DNA of 62,877 nucleotides, taken from NCBI GenBank assembly GCA_964652835.1, contig CAZZCB010000003.1, positions 1 through 62,877 on the forward strand, given 5' to 3'. This stretch comes from an uncultured Candidatus Saccharibacteria bacterium (lineage in GTDB: Bacteria > Patescibacteriota > Minisyncoccia > Phycocordibacterales > CSBR16-119). Within the stretch, counting starts at the first letter, position 1, and the number at the start of each line of letters is the position of its first letter. The translations under genes were made by a program, and so were the position numbers. The notes under the pieces were generated by a model that was not told where the DNA came from, searched no databases, and was given only the letters and a program-made list of their open reading frames with translations. Below are positions 34,449 through 43,787 of this stretch, one piece after another.

Positions 34449-35528
34449 TTATTTCTCTACGTGAGCTAGAGTCATTTTTTGTTCTTTTGGATCGAAGATG
34501 TTGATTTGGAAGTTATAAGTTTTTCCAAGTTCAAGCTTTTCTTTTAGTTTTTCTTCGCTACCAAATGATGAGTTGTGGACAAGTCCAGCCACTCCTTCTT
34601 TGATAGAAACCAAAGCTCCATGTTTGTTGAATTTGATAACAACTCCAGAAATGATATCTCCTTTCTTAAGTTTGCCTTCAAATTCTTTCCAAGGATTTTC
34701 TTTGAATACTTTAAGTGAAAGAGAGATTTTACCGTCTTTAACTTCGATAATTCTTGCTTTTACTTTTTCTCCAACTTTGAAAATCTTTCGTGGATCATCG
34801 ATAAGTCCCCAGTCGATTTCTGAAATGTGAACAAGTCCTTCTAGGCCTTCTTCGATTTTCAGGAACACTCCGAAGTCTACGATACCAGCGATTTCACATT
34901 CTAGATCATCTCCAACATTGTATTTGTCTACAACTTCTTTTCTTTCTTCTTGGTTTGTAGATTTTTCAGAGAAAACTAGTTTATCTTCTTTTGGATTTGC
35001 AGAGATAATGTTTACTGACATTTTTTCTCCAACAAATTTCTTTAATTCTTTTAGGATTTTATCTTTATCTGAATCTTCAACTCTTGGATAGTTTTCTGGT
35101 CTTAGCTGTGATGCTGGTAGGAATCCTTGAATTCCTTTCCATTCGATAATAAGACCTCCTTTGTTTGCTTCCTTGATAGGAAGTTCTAGGACAGTTTTAT
35201 TTGCGATAAGATCTTCTGCTTCTTTCCAAACAAGAGCTTGTCTTGCTTCTTTAAGTGAAAGTTCTGTATAACCATCTTCGTTTTGAACTTCGATTATTTT
35301 TGCTTTGATTAAGTCTCCTTTTCTGATTTTTCGGATGATATCTCTAGCATTGATAAATTCTTTACCAAAGATGATACCTGTTCCGAAAACTCCAAGGTCA
35401 ACGAAAACTGAAGCTCTTTTTGTTTCTATTATTTGTCCTTCTACTATATCACCAGCTTTCAGAGTAAAAGTTTTCTCTTCAGTTAGTTTCAATAGTTCAG
35501 GGTTTCTTGTATCTAATATTGTATCCAT
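34449..35528 (-). CDS. rpsA: 30S ribosomal protein S1 (four S1 domains)
   Basis: Repeated G.(I/V)..G.V....(F/A)G.FV.. S1-fold motifs. Confidence 0.88.
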   Translation of the reverse strand: MDTILDTRNPELLKLTEEKTFTLKAGDIVEGQIIETKRASVFVDLGVFGTGIIFGKEFINARDIIRKIRKGDLIKAKIIEVQNEDGYTELSLKEARQALVWKEAEDLIANKTVLELPIKEANKGGLIIEWKGIQGFLPASQLRPENYPRVEDSDKDKILKELKKFVGEKMSVNIISANPKEDKLVFSEKSTNQEERKEVVDKYNVGDDLECEIAGIVDFGVFLKIEEGLEGLVHISEIDWGLIDDPRKIFKVGEKVKARIIEVKDGKISLSLKVFKENPWKEFEGKLKKGDIISGVVIKFNKHGALVSIKEGVAGLVHNSSFGSEEKLKEKLELGKTYNFQINIFDPKEQKMTLAHVEK

Positions 35529-35753
35529 AAAAAATGCCCGCTATTAGGCGGACGTACATAGATTTTAGGTTTTATGAGCTTTTTAAGCTGCTCACAAGGT
35601 TAGCCTTAAATCCGTCTAATAATTCCTAGACTATACTATATATAAAGAAAAAAGTAAACCAAGTGTGGGTGCCTTTCGATTTCCACAATCCACCGCTATT
35701 TATTGCCAAGATACTATATAATAGAGTTATTAATAAATTAGTTCTTACTTTTT

Positions 35754-36125
35754 ATGTCAAAAAATGTTCAAGGGGGTTATTACCTAAAAGCTACTCAAAG
35801 TATCTTCCTAGTTGCTGGAATCCTTATGGTGTTTACTTTCCCTTATTTTCTAAAATATTTTAACTTTTCCGGGATGGCTCTGATGTTTATCATGGTGGCT
35901 TTGGCGGTGCTAGCAGGTTTTACAGGTGGTGGAAACAAACTTGTTTTAAAATTTAACGTATTGGTTGCCGTAGCTGGATTTACTCTGGCTGCTTATCGAG
36001 GTGTGGTTATATTTTTCCGAGGGGTTGAAGAACCTCTAGCGATATTTTCTTTCTGGACACATCAAATTTTAGCTTTAGTGTTTTTCTTGGCGATTTACTT
36101 TGCAGTGAGAGCCGTACGTTCTTAA
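35754..36125 (+). CDS. Small polytopic membrane protein (about 4 TM)
   Basis: Hydrophobic segments; ends 10 nt before the ATPase gene. Confidence 0.6.
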   Translation: MSKNVQGGYYLKATQSIFLVAGILMVFTFPYFLKYFNFSGMALMFIMVALAVLAGFTGGGNKLVLKFNVLVAVAGFTLAAYRGVVIFFRGVEEPLAIFSFWTHQILALVFFLAIYFAVRAVRS

Positions 36126-36135
36126 TTTATTTTAA

Positions 36136-38127
36136 ATGTATAATCCAAACCAAATTACATACTTCGGAGAGACAGATTTCCGAGGAAAAAAAGTACGTTT
36201 TGGTATAAAGGCGGAAGACAGATCCCGTCACGTTTATATTATTGGTAAAACAGGTATGGGTAAATCAACCCTGCTTGAAAACATGGCCGCGCAAGATATT
36301 AAGAACGGCGAGGGTATGTGTTTTATCGATCCACACGGAAGCGCGATCGACACACTTCTAGATTATATTCCTGAAGAAAGATTAAACGACGTTATTTACT
36401 TTGCACCGTTCGATTCAGATAATCCTATTTCTTTTAACATTTTGGAAACTGTAGCTGAAGACCAAAAGCACTTGGTGGTCCAAGGTCTGATGTCTACTTT
36501 TGATAAAATCTGGCCAGACACTTTTTCTGAAAGAATGAGATATATTTTGAGTAACACATTGCTTGCTCTTCTAGAGTATCCAGGCTCAACGCTTCTTGGC
36601 GTAAACAGAATGTATGCCGACAAAGGTTATCGCGAAGAAATAGTTGCCAATGTAAAAGATCCAACAGTTAAAACTTTTTGGGTTGATGAGTTCGCCAAAT
36701 GGGATGAGCGTTTTATGCGTGAAGCGACAGCCGCTATTCAAAACAAAATCGGTCAGTTTACTGCGAACCCTATCGTGCGAAATATTATCGGACAGAAAAC
36801 TTCTAGTTTTGATTTCCGAGAAACGATGGACAAAAAGAAAATACTTTTGATAAACCTTTCAAAGGGAAGAATCGGAGAGCAAAACGCCGGACTTTTAGGT
36901 GGTATGCTTATCACAAAAATTTACCTAGCGGCCATGTCACGAGCCGACTCAACAAAAGCAGATATGGCAGAGCTTCCTTCTTTCTTTTTGTTCGTGGACG
37001 AGTTCCAAAACTTTGCTAACGAATCTTTCGCCGATATTTTGTCTGAAGCCAGAAAATATAAACTAAACCTAACGATGGCTCACCAGTATGTTGAGCAGAT
37101 GGAAGAAGAAGTGCGGGATGCGGTTTTTGGAAACGTCGGTACGACTATTTCTTTTCGTGTTGGTCCGCTAGATGCTGAGCTTTTGGAAAAAGTTTTTGTT
37201 CCGACATTTACTCAAGAAGATATCGTAAACCTAGGGCGATTTCAGATTTACCTAACTCTTATGATAGATGGCGTCGGGTCAAAACCTTTTTCTGCTACGA
37301 CGATGAACCCACTTCCTAAAAACCCGATATCTTACCGTGAAGAAGTTATAGATACTTCAAGGAAAAATTTCTCAAAACCTCGAGAAGAAGTTCAAAAATA
37401 TATCGATGAATGGTATAAGATGGAATTTCATACAGAAAAACAGAAAAAAGAAATCGGCAAGAAAGAAGAATATTTAAAAGAAAAATTCGGTAGGGAATAC
37501 AAACCTCGAGGAAATAGATCAGATGATGAATACTCGGGAGCTTTTTCAGATGCAGAGCCTGCAAAAGAAGAAGTTAAAAAAACAGAATATAAAAAACCTG
37601 AGTCACGAAAACTGGACTTTAAAAAGCCAGATTTTAAAAGTGATAAAAAACCAGATTATCCAAAAAAGAAACAGTGGGAACCGAAAGATAATAAACCGCC
37701 AGTAAAAATCCAAATCCCAGACGACATTAAAAAGGCAATACTTGAGCCCGCACCAAAAGAAGTTTCTCTAAAAAATTTGGCCGACAATATCCAAAGACCC
37801 GTTGTCTCGGTAAAAGATCCTACTCCGGGAAATAAATCTCTTTTGAAAGACGCTCTTTCAAAAGCTCTTTTAGCTGGGTCAAATGTAACAAACGTTTCTA
37901 TAAATGATAATTCTGTAAATATAAATTCAAAAAATATTCTAGAAAGAAAAGATAACAAAAAAGATTTTGTTAAAGTAGATAATCGTGCGGAAGAGACGGC
38001 ACCAGCTCCAGAAAAAAAACCTGAAATAAAACATACACCAAATACAGATACATTTTCGCAAAGTCAGGACAACAAAGGTAAAATTAAAGAAGTTCCAGAA
38101 GATATTTTAAAAAGTATTTTAGAATAA
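36136..38127 (+). CDS. VirD4/TraG/TraD-like (type IV coupling protein-like) P-loop ATPase with a Lys-rich disordered tail
   Basis: Walker A IIGKTGMGKSTLL; Walker B FFLFVDEFQNFA; AHQYVEQ; no N-terminal TM; C-terminal ~220 aa K/E/P-rich. Confidence 0.75.
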   Translation: MYNPNQITYFGETDFRGKKVRFGIKAEDRSRHVYIIGKTGMGKSTLLENMAAQDIKNGEGMCFIDPHGSAIDTLLDYIPEERLNDVIYFAPFDSDNPISFNILETVAEDQKHLVVQGLMSTFDKIWPDTFSERMRYILSNTLLALLEYPGSTLLGVNRMYADKGYREEIVANVKDPTVKTFWVDEFAKWDERFMREATAAIQNKIGQFTANPIVRNIIGQKTSSFDFRETMDKKKILLINLSKGRIGEQNAGLLGGMLITKIYLAAMSRADSTKADMAELPSFFLFVDEFQNFANESFADILSEARKYKLNLTMAHQYVEQMEEEVRDAVFGNVGTTISFRVGPLDAELLEKVFVPTFTQEDIVNLGRFQIYLTLMIDGVGSKPFSATTMNPLPKNPISYREEVIDTSRKNFSKPREEVQKYIDEWYKMEFHTEKQKKEIGKKEEYLKEKFGREYKPRGNRSDDEYSGAFSDAEPAKEEVKKTEYKKPESRKLDFKKPDFKSDKKPDYPKKKQWEPKDNKPPVKIQIPDDIKKAILEPAPKEVSLKNLADNIQRPVVSVKDPTPGNKSLLKDALSKALLAGSNVTNVSINDNSVNINSKNILERKDNKKDFVKVDNRAEETAPAPEKKPEIKHTPNTDTFSQSQDNKGKIKEVPEDILKSILE

Positions 38128-38146
38128 TTTTTTAGTCTAATTTAAT

Positions 38147-39583
38147 ATGAGATATATTTTGTTTTTTGCAGTATTTTTCGTACCGATTTTTGCCAGGGCA
38201 GACGTTTTAATCTCAGAAGTTGCTTGGATGGGGACAACAGACAGTCAATTTGAAGAGTGGATCGAACTTCAAAACACTGGAAGCGAATCCGTTTCGCTAA
38301 GTGGCTGGAAAATATATAAAGCCGGAGGAGACACTCTTTTGTTTTCTCTGTCAGGCAGTATTTCGGCTGGTCAGTATCTTTTAGTTTGTCGGACGACAGC
38401 CAGCGTAAGCAATCCTTTGTCTGGAAGTTGTGACCTGAGCGGCGCTTTTGGTGGAAGCGGGTTAAACAATACAAGCGAATATATTATTCTTAAAAATGAT
38501 TCAGGAAACTCAGTGGATGAAGTAAACGCAAACGGTGGATGGCCAGCGGGCGACGCTTCAACCAAACAGACAATGCAAAAAAGCGGTTCGTCCTGGATAA
38601 CAGCAGACGGTACGCCAGGTGAGCCCAATGCTTCTTCTGGTGCAAACGACGAAGACGAGGACGAAGACGACACAAATACAGAAGAAGAGGAGGATGAAGA
38701 AGTGGAGACATCTTCGTCGTCAGCATCAAAAGATACTCGGCCGACATATTCGAAAAAAATTGTTGAGATAAAGGTTGTCGACAGTAGTGTGCCCGCTGGT
38801 TCACCTGTAAAATTTTCTTTAAATACTAGAGATTTAAGAGGTGCCAATATTTTACGTGGAGAATTTTTCTGGAATATGGGAGACGGAACAGAAAGATATT
38901 TTGCTAAAAATGAAAAATTCGAACACATATATGATCACGAGGGAACTTACACAGTTTATTTAAAATACTACAAAACTTATTTTGAAGGGATGGAGCCAGA
39001 TATCGTCGACAAGATAACTGTCACGGTCAGTAACCCAAGCGTCAGTATCTCTGAAATACATCCAGACGGAAGTGTTGAGATTAAAAATAATTCTAGCCAA
39101 GAAGTTGATCTATCTTTATGGACTTTAAAAGATGGCTTCGGAAAAAGTTTTTTGATCCCAGAAGGTACGTATATAGCTGGAAGTAAAACTCTAGTTTTGA
39201 ATTCCAAAAGAATAAATTTAAATCCTGGGAATATTATGCTTTTGGCTCCAAGCGGAAGTTTTGTTGGAAATAAAAGTTTGATTGATGAGACGTCTTCTTT
39301 GAGTCAAAAGGTGAGCGCATCTTCTTCGCGTTCTCGAGGTTATGCTCCGAGAGAGGAGGAAGGGGAAGTCTTAGGTCTTACTGATGAAAAAGAAGAATCT
39401 ACAAATCTAAACGATAGATTGGGTTCTGATAAAAAAGTAGAGACAAAACAAAAACAACAATCTGTTTGGATTGTTGTTTTTGTTCTTATGGTCATAATTT
39501 CTTGCACCTTAGTATTTCTTATATATAGAAAGAAAAAAGAAGAAGAGATTATCGAAGAAGACGAGTTTCAGTTGATTGACTAA
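38147..39583 (+). CDS. Secreted lamin-tail-domain (LTD) x2 + PKD-like protein with C-terminal TM
   Basis: VLISEVAWMG...EWIELQNTGSESVSLSGWKI; acidic DE linker; GDGTERY...HIYDHEGTYTVYLKY (PKD-like); second LTD SISEIHPDGSVEIKNNSSQEVDLSLWTL; TM near the C-terminus. Confidence 0.8.
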   Translation: MRYILFFAVFFVPIFARADVLISEVAWMGTTDSQFEEWIELQNTGSESVSLSGWKIYKAGGDTLLFSLSGSISAGQYLLVCRTTASVSNPLSGSCDLSGAFGGSGLNNTSEYIILKNDSGNSVDEVNANGGWPAGDASTKQTMQKSGSSWITADGTPGEPNASSGANDEDEDEDDTNTEEEEDEEVETSSSSASKDTRPTYSKKIVEIKVVDSSVPAGSPVKFSLNTRDLRGANILRGEFFWNMGDGTERYFAKNEKFEHIYDHEGTYTVYLKYYKTYFEGMEPDIVDKITVTVSNPSVSISEIHPDGSVEIKNNSSQEVDLSLWTLKDGFGKSFLIPEGTYIAGSKTLVLNSKRINLNPGNIMLLAPSGSFVGNKSLIDETSSLSQKVSASSSRSRGYAPREEEGEVLGLTDEKEESTNLNDRLGSDKKVETKQKQQSVWIVVFVLMVIISCTLVFLIYRKKKEEEIIEEDEFQLID

Positions 39584-40913
39584 GATTTATTTTCTTGAAA
39601 GAAGCATTTGTTTCCTCAAGAGATCTTATTGCCTCTGCTTTTATATCTATCGGTAAAACTTCTACTTCATTTTTTATTTCAGTCTTTACATCTGTTTTGA
39701 TTTCAGTTTCTTTTACTGGAGCAGTAGGTTCCTCAGGCGCTTTTTCTGTAGCCTTTTGCTCTGACAACTCTTTGATTTCAAAAACAGCTTCAACGCTTTT
39801 TATTTTTTTATATTCTTCTATTTGTCCGATTATTTTCTTAGCTTCTTGAGAGAGCATTAAGGCCTCTTTAAAGTTTCCGTTTGCTTTAGCTTCCTCTGCT
39901 TTTAGAAGTAGGCTTTCTGCTTCTTTAACTTTTAGCTCTGCATCGGTTTCTGAAACTATCTCGATAGATCTAAGAGCTGGCAACGCCAAAGCGCTATCCA
40001 TTGCTACGTCAGAATTAATTTCTGCTGACATTAGGCTTACATCCTCAGCATTTTCCGCAGTTTTAGCTTCCTCTGTCTTTATTCCAATTTCGATATTTTC
40101 TTTTTTAAGACTTTCGATTTTATTTTTTACTTCTTCTTTGTTTCTTTCTGTTACTTCTTCAGCAGTTTTTTGGTCTTCTTCTACTTTTTCAATAACATTT
40201 TTTTCAGCTTCTTCTACTTTTTTAATAGCAGCGTCCACACCTTCCAGTAAAGAGTCAGTATCATCTTCCATCATTACAGTAGTCTTAAAAGACATAGTTG
40301 TGTTTGTGTCTGTCTGAAGGTCGGCTTCAACTTTTTGTTCTGTTAGAACTTTTTTATGAGCCTCAAGTACTGGAGTTAGTTTAGAAGTTGTATCTAGGGC
40401 TTCTTCTATCTTTCCTTCATCTTTAAGATCTGTGATAGTTTTCGTAACTTCGGCCACATTTTTTTCTAGATTTGTTTTTACGATTTCTTTTTTCTCAGGA
40501 GATAGGTCGTTTTTCTCAACAAGCTTTTGAGCTTCTGTTAAACGTCTCTCAACTTTCTGTGTCTGTACAGTAACTTTCGCTTCAGTTGTGAAAGCTAATT
40601 TTTCTTCTATTTTTTCGTTAACGTTTATTTTTACGTTGTATAGTTTATCTCCCGGAAGAGCATCTGTTGAAGCGTAAGAAACTCCACTTCCTCCGACAAC
40701 AATAAGGGCTATTAGCACCAAAGAAACACCTTTTGCTAGGGTTCTAAAAGTAAAGATAGAGAAGTAAAAAGATTTCTTCGGAACATGAATATCGCCCCGG
40801 ATAGGGTTAAATGAGATGAACTCTTCTATTTTATATCGCAAAACATCTTTCTCTTTTTGTGAAAGACGAATGCTTTTTAATATCTTTATAAACTTTTTCA
40901 TTTTTTTATTCAT
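39549..40913 (-). CDS. DUF5667-like membrane protein (putative anti-sigma/partner of the ECF sigma)
   Basis: Overlaps the sigma gene by 8 nt; cytoplasmic N-terminus, one TM, DALPGDKLYNVKINVNEKIEEKL, long coiled-coil E/K-rich ectodomain. Confidence 0.65.
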   Translation of the reverse strand: MNKKMKKFIKILKSIRLSQKEKDVLRYKIEEFISFNPIRGDIHVPKKSFYFSIFTFRTLAKGVSLVLIALIVVGGSGVSYASTDALPGDKLYNVKINVNEKIEEKLAFTTEAKVTVQTQKVERRLTEAQKLVEKNDLSPEKKEIVKTNLEKNVAEVTKTITDLKDEGKIEEALDTTSKLTPVLEAHKKVLTEQKVEADLQTDTNTTMSFKTTVMMEDDTDSLLEGVDAAIKKVEEAEKNVIEKVEEDQKTAEEVTERNKEEVKNKIESLKKENIEIGIKTEEAKTAENAEDVSLMSAEINSDVAMDSALALPALRSIEIVSETDAELKVKEAESLLLKAEEAKANGNFKEALMLSQEAKKIIGQIEEYKKIKSVEAVFEIKELSEQKATEKAPEEPTAPVKETEIKTDVKTEIKNEVEVLPIDIKAEAIRSLEETNASFKKINLSQSTETRLLR

Positions 40914-41436
40914 TTTCTTTTAATAATTTTTTTAACTTCTCGACCCCTCTGTGTATCATAACTGAAACGTGATTTTGTGATTTATCTAAAATATCTCCGA
41001 TTTCTTTAATACTCATTTCTTCAATGTATCTCATCAGCAGTATTTCTTTGTATTTCTCATCTATCTTTTCTACCGCTTTCAGAACTCGTTCTCTGTCTTG
41101 AGCTTTTTCGAAATCTTTCTCTTTTTCTTCTAATACATTTTCCTCTTCAGTGAAATCTACTCCAGCTTCTAATATCTGATCCAAGGAAGAAGATTTCTTT
41201 TTTCTTCTATGGTCTATTATTAGGTTCTTGGCTACTCGGTAAAGAAAGGCTTTTATATTTTCCACTTCGGCGCCTTTTTGTAGGTATTGCCAGGTTTTTA
41301 TAAAAGTGTCTTGGGCAATATCTAGCGCTGTTTCTTTGTTCGAAGTTTGGAAAAGGGCATATCTAAAAATAGCGTCAGAAAACTCCTCGTAGCTTTCCAT
41401 GAAGACTTTTTCAGTTTTATTGTTCGTTTCTTTCAT
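40906..41436 (-). CDS. ECF-type RNA polymerase sigma-70 family factor
   Basis: Region 2 ALDIAQDTFIKTW..FLYRVAKNLIIDHRRK; region 4 LLMRYIEEMSIKEIGDILDKSQNHVSVMIHRG. Confidence 0.9.
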   Translation of the reverse strand: MKETNNKTEKVFMESYEEFSDAIFRYALFQTSNKETALDIAQDTFIKTWQYLQKGAEVENIKAFLYRVAKNLIIDHRRKKKSSSLDQILEAGVDFTEEENVLEEKEKDFEKAQDRERVLKAVEKIDEKYKEILLMRYIEEMSIKEIGDILDKSQNHVSVMIHRGVEKLKKLLKENE

Positions 41437-41534
41437 AAATATAGACGTTTTAGCCCTTTCTTTATTACAGAGCCTATTTTATCACAAAAAGCCAAATCCC
41501 CCTGGTTTTTCAGGGGGAAAGGCAATACGTATTG

Positions 41535-41642
41535 TCATTTTCTTGTTAACTTCCAACCATTCCAGGTGTAATCACTTACGATGTACGCTACGCCGATTAC
41601 TGTCATCAGCCCCAGGATTCCAACGGTTTCAAGGATGTTCAT
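41535..41642 (-). CDS. Possible 35-aa membrane peptide (below the ORF-track cutoff)
   Basis: Own translation MNILETVGILGLMTVIGVAYIVSDYTWNGWKLTRK; no clear RBS. Confidence 0.25.
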   Translation of the reverse strand: MNILETVGILGLMTVIGVAYIVSDYTWNGWKLTRK

Positions 41643-41772
41643 GATTTTGGTTGTTTGTTGTTTGTTCTTGTTTTCCGAATATGAAGACGGGCTCCTTCTC
41701 GAAAGATTACAAAATCTTTGTTAAATCCTTGTTTTATTGTATTCTTTGTAAAAGTTCAAAAACCACAGTCAC

Positions 41773-42348
41773 ATGAGCATCAAACCAGTTCTCACAAAAG
41801 AAGAGCTGGAAACAGTCAGCTCTTTGTATAAAAATTACCGGGAAGATGTTTTTCGTTTTTTACGTAGTAAGGTTTACGACAGTGAATTGGCAGAAGATCT
41901 AACACAAGCGGTCTACTTAAATGTGATAAGGGCGGTTTCTAGTGGTCGTTATAAGCAGGAAAAAGAGAAGGCCTGGCTTACGAAGATCGCCATGAATGAA
42001 TTTATTAACCACTACAGGAAAAAGGTAAAAAGGAAGACGGATCCTCTTTCTGTTTACCCTAATAAAGTTCTAAAAAATTTATCACCTAACCCTGAGGAGA
42101 TTCTCCTTGAGCTCGATATAATTGAGAGACTCAGAGCCCTGGTTGACCTGCTTCCGGCAAAACAAAGAGAGATTATCCAGCTACGTGTTTACCAGGAGAT
42201 GTCTTTTAAGGAGATAGAAGCCGTAACAGAAGACAATCCTAACACCTCTAGGGGGTATTACCGTAAGGCTGTGATTAGGCTAAGGCAGATGATGCAAGAA
42301 GAGAACAAGAAAAAAGAACCCGGGGAAGATCCTGACGCCGAGACGTAA
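41773..42348 (+). CDS. Second sigma-70 family (ECF-like) factor
   Basis: AEDLTQAVYLNVI..WLTKIAMNEFINHYRK; QREIIQLRVYQEMSFKEIEAVT. Confidence 0.85.
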   Translation: MSIKPVLTKEELETVSSLYKNYREDVFRFLRSKVYDSELAEDLTQAVYLNVIRAVSSGRYKQEKEKAWLTKIAMNEFINHYRKKVKRKTDPLSVYPNKVLKNLSPNPEEILLELDIIERLRALVDLLPAKQREIIQLRVYQEMSFKEIEAVTEDNPNTSRGYYRKAVIRLRQMMQEENKKKEPGEDPDAET

Positions 42349-42364
42349 AGTCTTGGCGTTTTTT

Positions 42365-42928
42365 TTACTTAATTTTCTCTAAAACCTTACGGAGTTTTTT
42401 AAAATCTTTGATTAAAGTTTTTCGCATTGATCCGTTATAAAGAGCGACGGCTGGATGATAAAGCGCGAAAAAGTTTTCTATTTTTAAGCCTTCTACTTTT
42501 CTTTTTAAGATTTTGCCGTGAGCCTCACTTATTTTTTCTTCCGGGAAGAATCTGTTTAAAGAATGTCGGCCGAGCGTTACGATTATTTTAGGATTTATGA
42601 AATTCAGTTCTTGGAAAAGCCAAGGAAGACACTCGGCTATTTCTTCGGACTTTGGGTCGCGGTTGTTTGGCGGACGGTATTTAACAGTATTGGTTATGTA
42701 GACATCTTCACGCCGGAGTTTTATAGAAGCGAGCATCTCATCTAAAAATTTTCCAGATCTGCCCACGAAAGGTTTACCTTGTAAATCCTCGTCTTTCCCG
42801 GGTGCCTCTCCGATAAATACGACGTCCGCCTCTGGGTTTCCAAAACCAAAAACAGGCTGGGTTGTAGTCTTTTTTATCTCGCATTTGTTTTTCCTGTGCC
42901 ATTTTTGGTTTATTTTAGCTAAATCCAT
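42365..42928 (-). CDS. Uracil-DNA glycosylase, family 4
   Basis: FGFGNPEADVVFIGEAPGKDEDLQGKPFVGRSGKFLD. Confidence 0.9.
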   Translation of the reverse strand: MDLAKINQKWHRKNKCEIKKTTTQPVFGFGNPEADVVFIGEAPGKDEDLQGKPFVGRSGKFLDEMLASIKLRREDVYITNTVKYRPPNNRDPKSEEIAECLPWLFQELNFINPKIIVTLGRHSLNRFFPEEKISEAHGKILKRKVEGLKIENFFALYHPAVALYNGSMRKTLIKDFKKLRKVLEKIK

Positions 42929-43018
42929 ATCGTGGTAATTTTATTATATTTCTGTTAAAATACTAACATTAAATTTAAACAAAGCTTATGGCTAAAAGCC
43001 AAATGCTAAAAGCTAAAT

Positions 43019-43252
43019 ATGGGAATTAAAGATTTTTTCGTTAAAAAAATGTTAAAGAGTCAGCTTAAAAAAACTGGCTTGCCAGAAGCACAACAAGAAA
43101 AGCTAATAGAAGGGATGTTAAAAAATCCTCAGCTTTTTGAAAAGATTGCAAATGAAATAAAAGCTCTAGAGAAACAAGGCAAGAATCAAATGGTCGCTTC
43201 AATGGAAGTGATGAAAAAATACCAAAACGAACTTCGCGACGTGATGATGTAA
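43019..43252 (+). CDS. Hypothetical small helical protein (77 aa)
   Basis: Clean ORF, K/E-rich; no motif. Confidence 0.5.
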   Translation: MGIKDFFVKKMLKSQLKKTGLPEAQQEKLIEGMLKNPQLFEKIANEIKALEKQGKNQMVASMEVMKKYQNELRDVMM

Positions 43253-43313
43253 ATAAAATTGACATAATTTTCAAAAGGTTTAAGCTTAATTATGAACCTT
43301 TAAAACAACAGCC

Positions 43314-43697
43314 ATGGAAACCCCAAAGTCTGTAAACCACCAAGGCCGACTGATTGTTCCCGAGGATTCCATAGCGAAGCTCGTGATTGTTTTTTCATCT
43401 TTAGTCAAAGAGGCGGAAATCAGTGTTTTGTTTATCAGAGACGGAGGCAAGCAAATTGAGGCCAATGTCTTTATTGATCAGGTCTTAAGAATTGCGGACA
43501 AGGAAGAATATCTGGACATATACGACATATTTCTTCATCGTATTTTGTCTGAGTATGATGGATTTCGTGCTTCTGGCTATGTTGTTTCGCTCGATCAGTC
43601 TAAATGCCCGATTGAAATTTTGTATTTAAGCACGGGTGAGTTTGGTGTCTATAGGATAGATACCGAGTCTAAATATTTAAACCCGCGCTTCAACTGA
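43314..43697 (+). CDS. Hypothetical protein (127 aa)
   Basis: Clean ORF followed by a terminator. Confidence 0.55.
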   Translation: METPKSVNHQGRLIVPEDSIAKLVIVFSSLVKEAEISVLFIRDGGKQIEANVFIDQVLRIADKEEYLDIYDIFLHRILSEYDGFRASGYVVSLDQSKCPIEILYLSTGEFGVYRIDTESKYLNPRFN

Positions 43698-43710
43698 ACT
43701 TCGCTCTTTC

Positions 43711-43738
43711 GCCCTGTGGTTTTTACCACAGGGCTTTT
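43711..43738 (+). terminator. Rho-independent terminator
   Basis: gccctgtgg-ttttta-ccacagggctttt. Confidence 0.7.
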
Positions 43739-43787
43739 ATTTTTTAAACAAATTGCTCTTCCGTGTAAATCCTGCTATATTTCTTTT

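Noticed and set aside
38371-38928. 185-aa and 104-aa minus-strand ORFs with an SSSSSS tract, opposite the LTD protein gene
   Set aside because: They mirror the acidic DE-rich linker codons (gaa/gac repeats) of the well-supported plus-strand gene.
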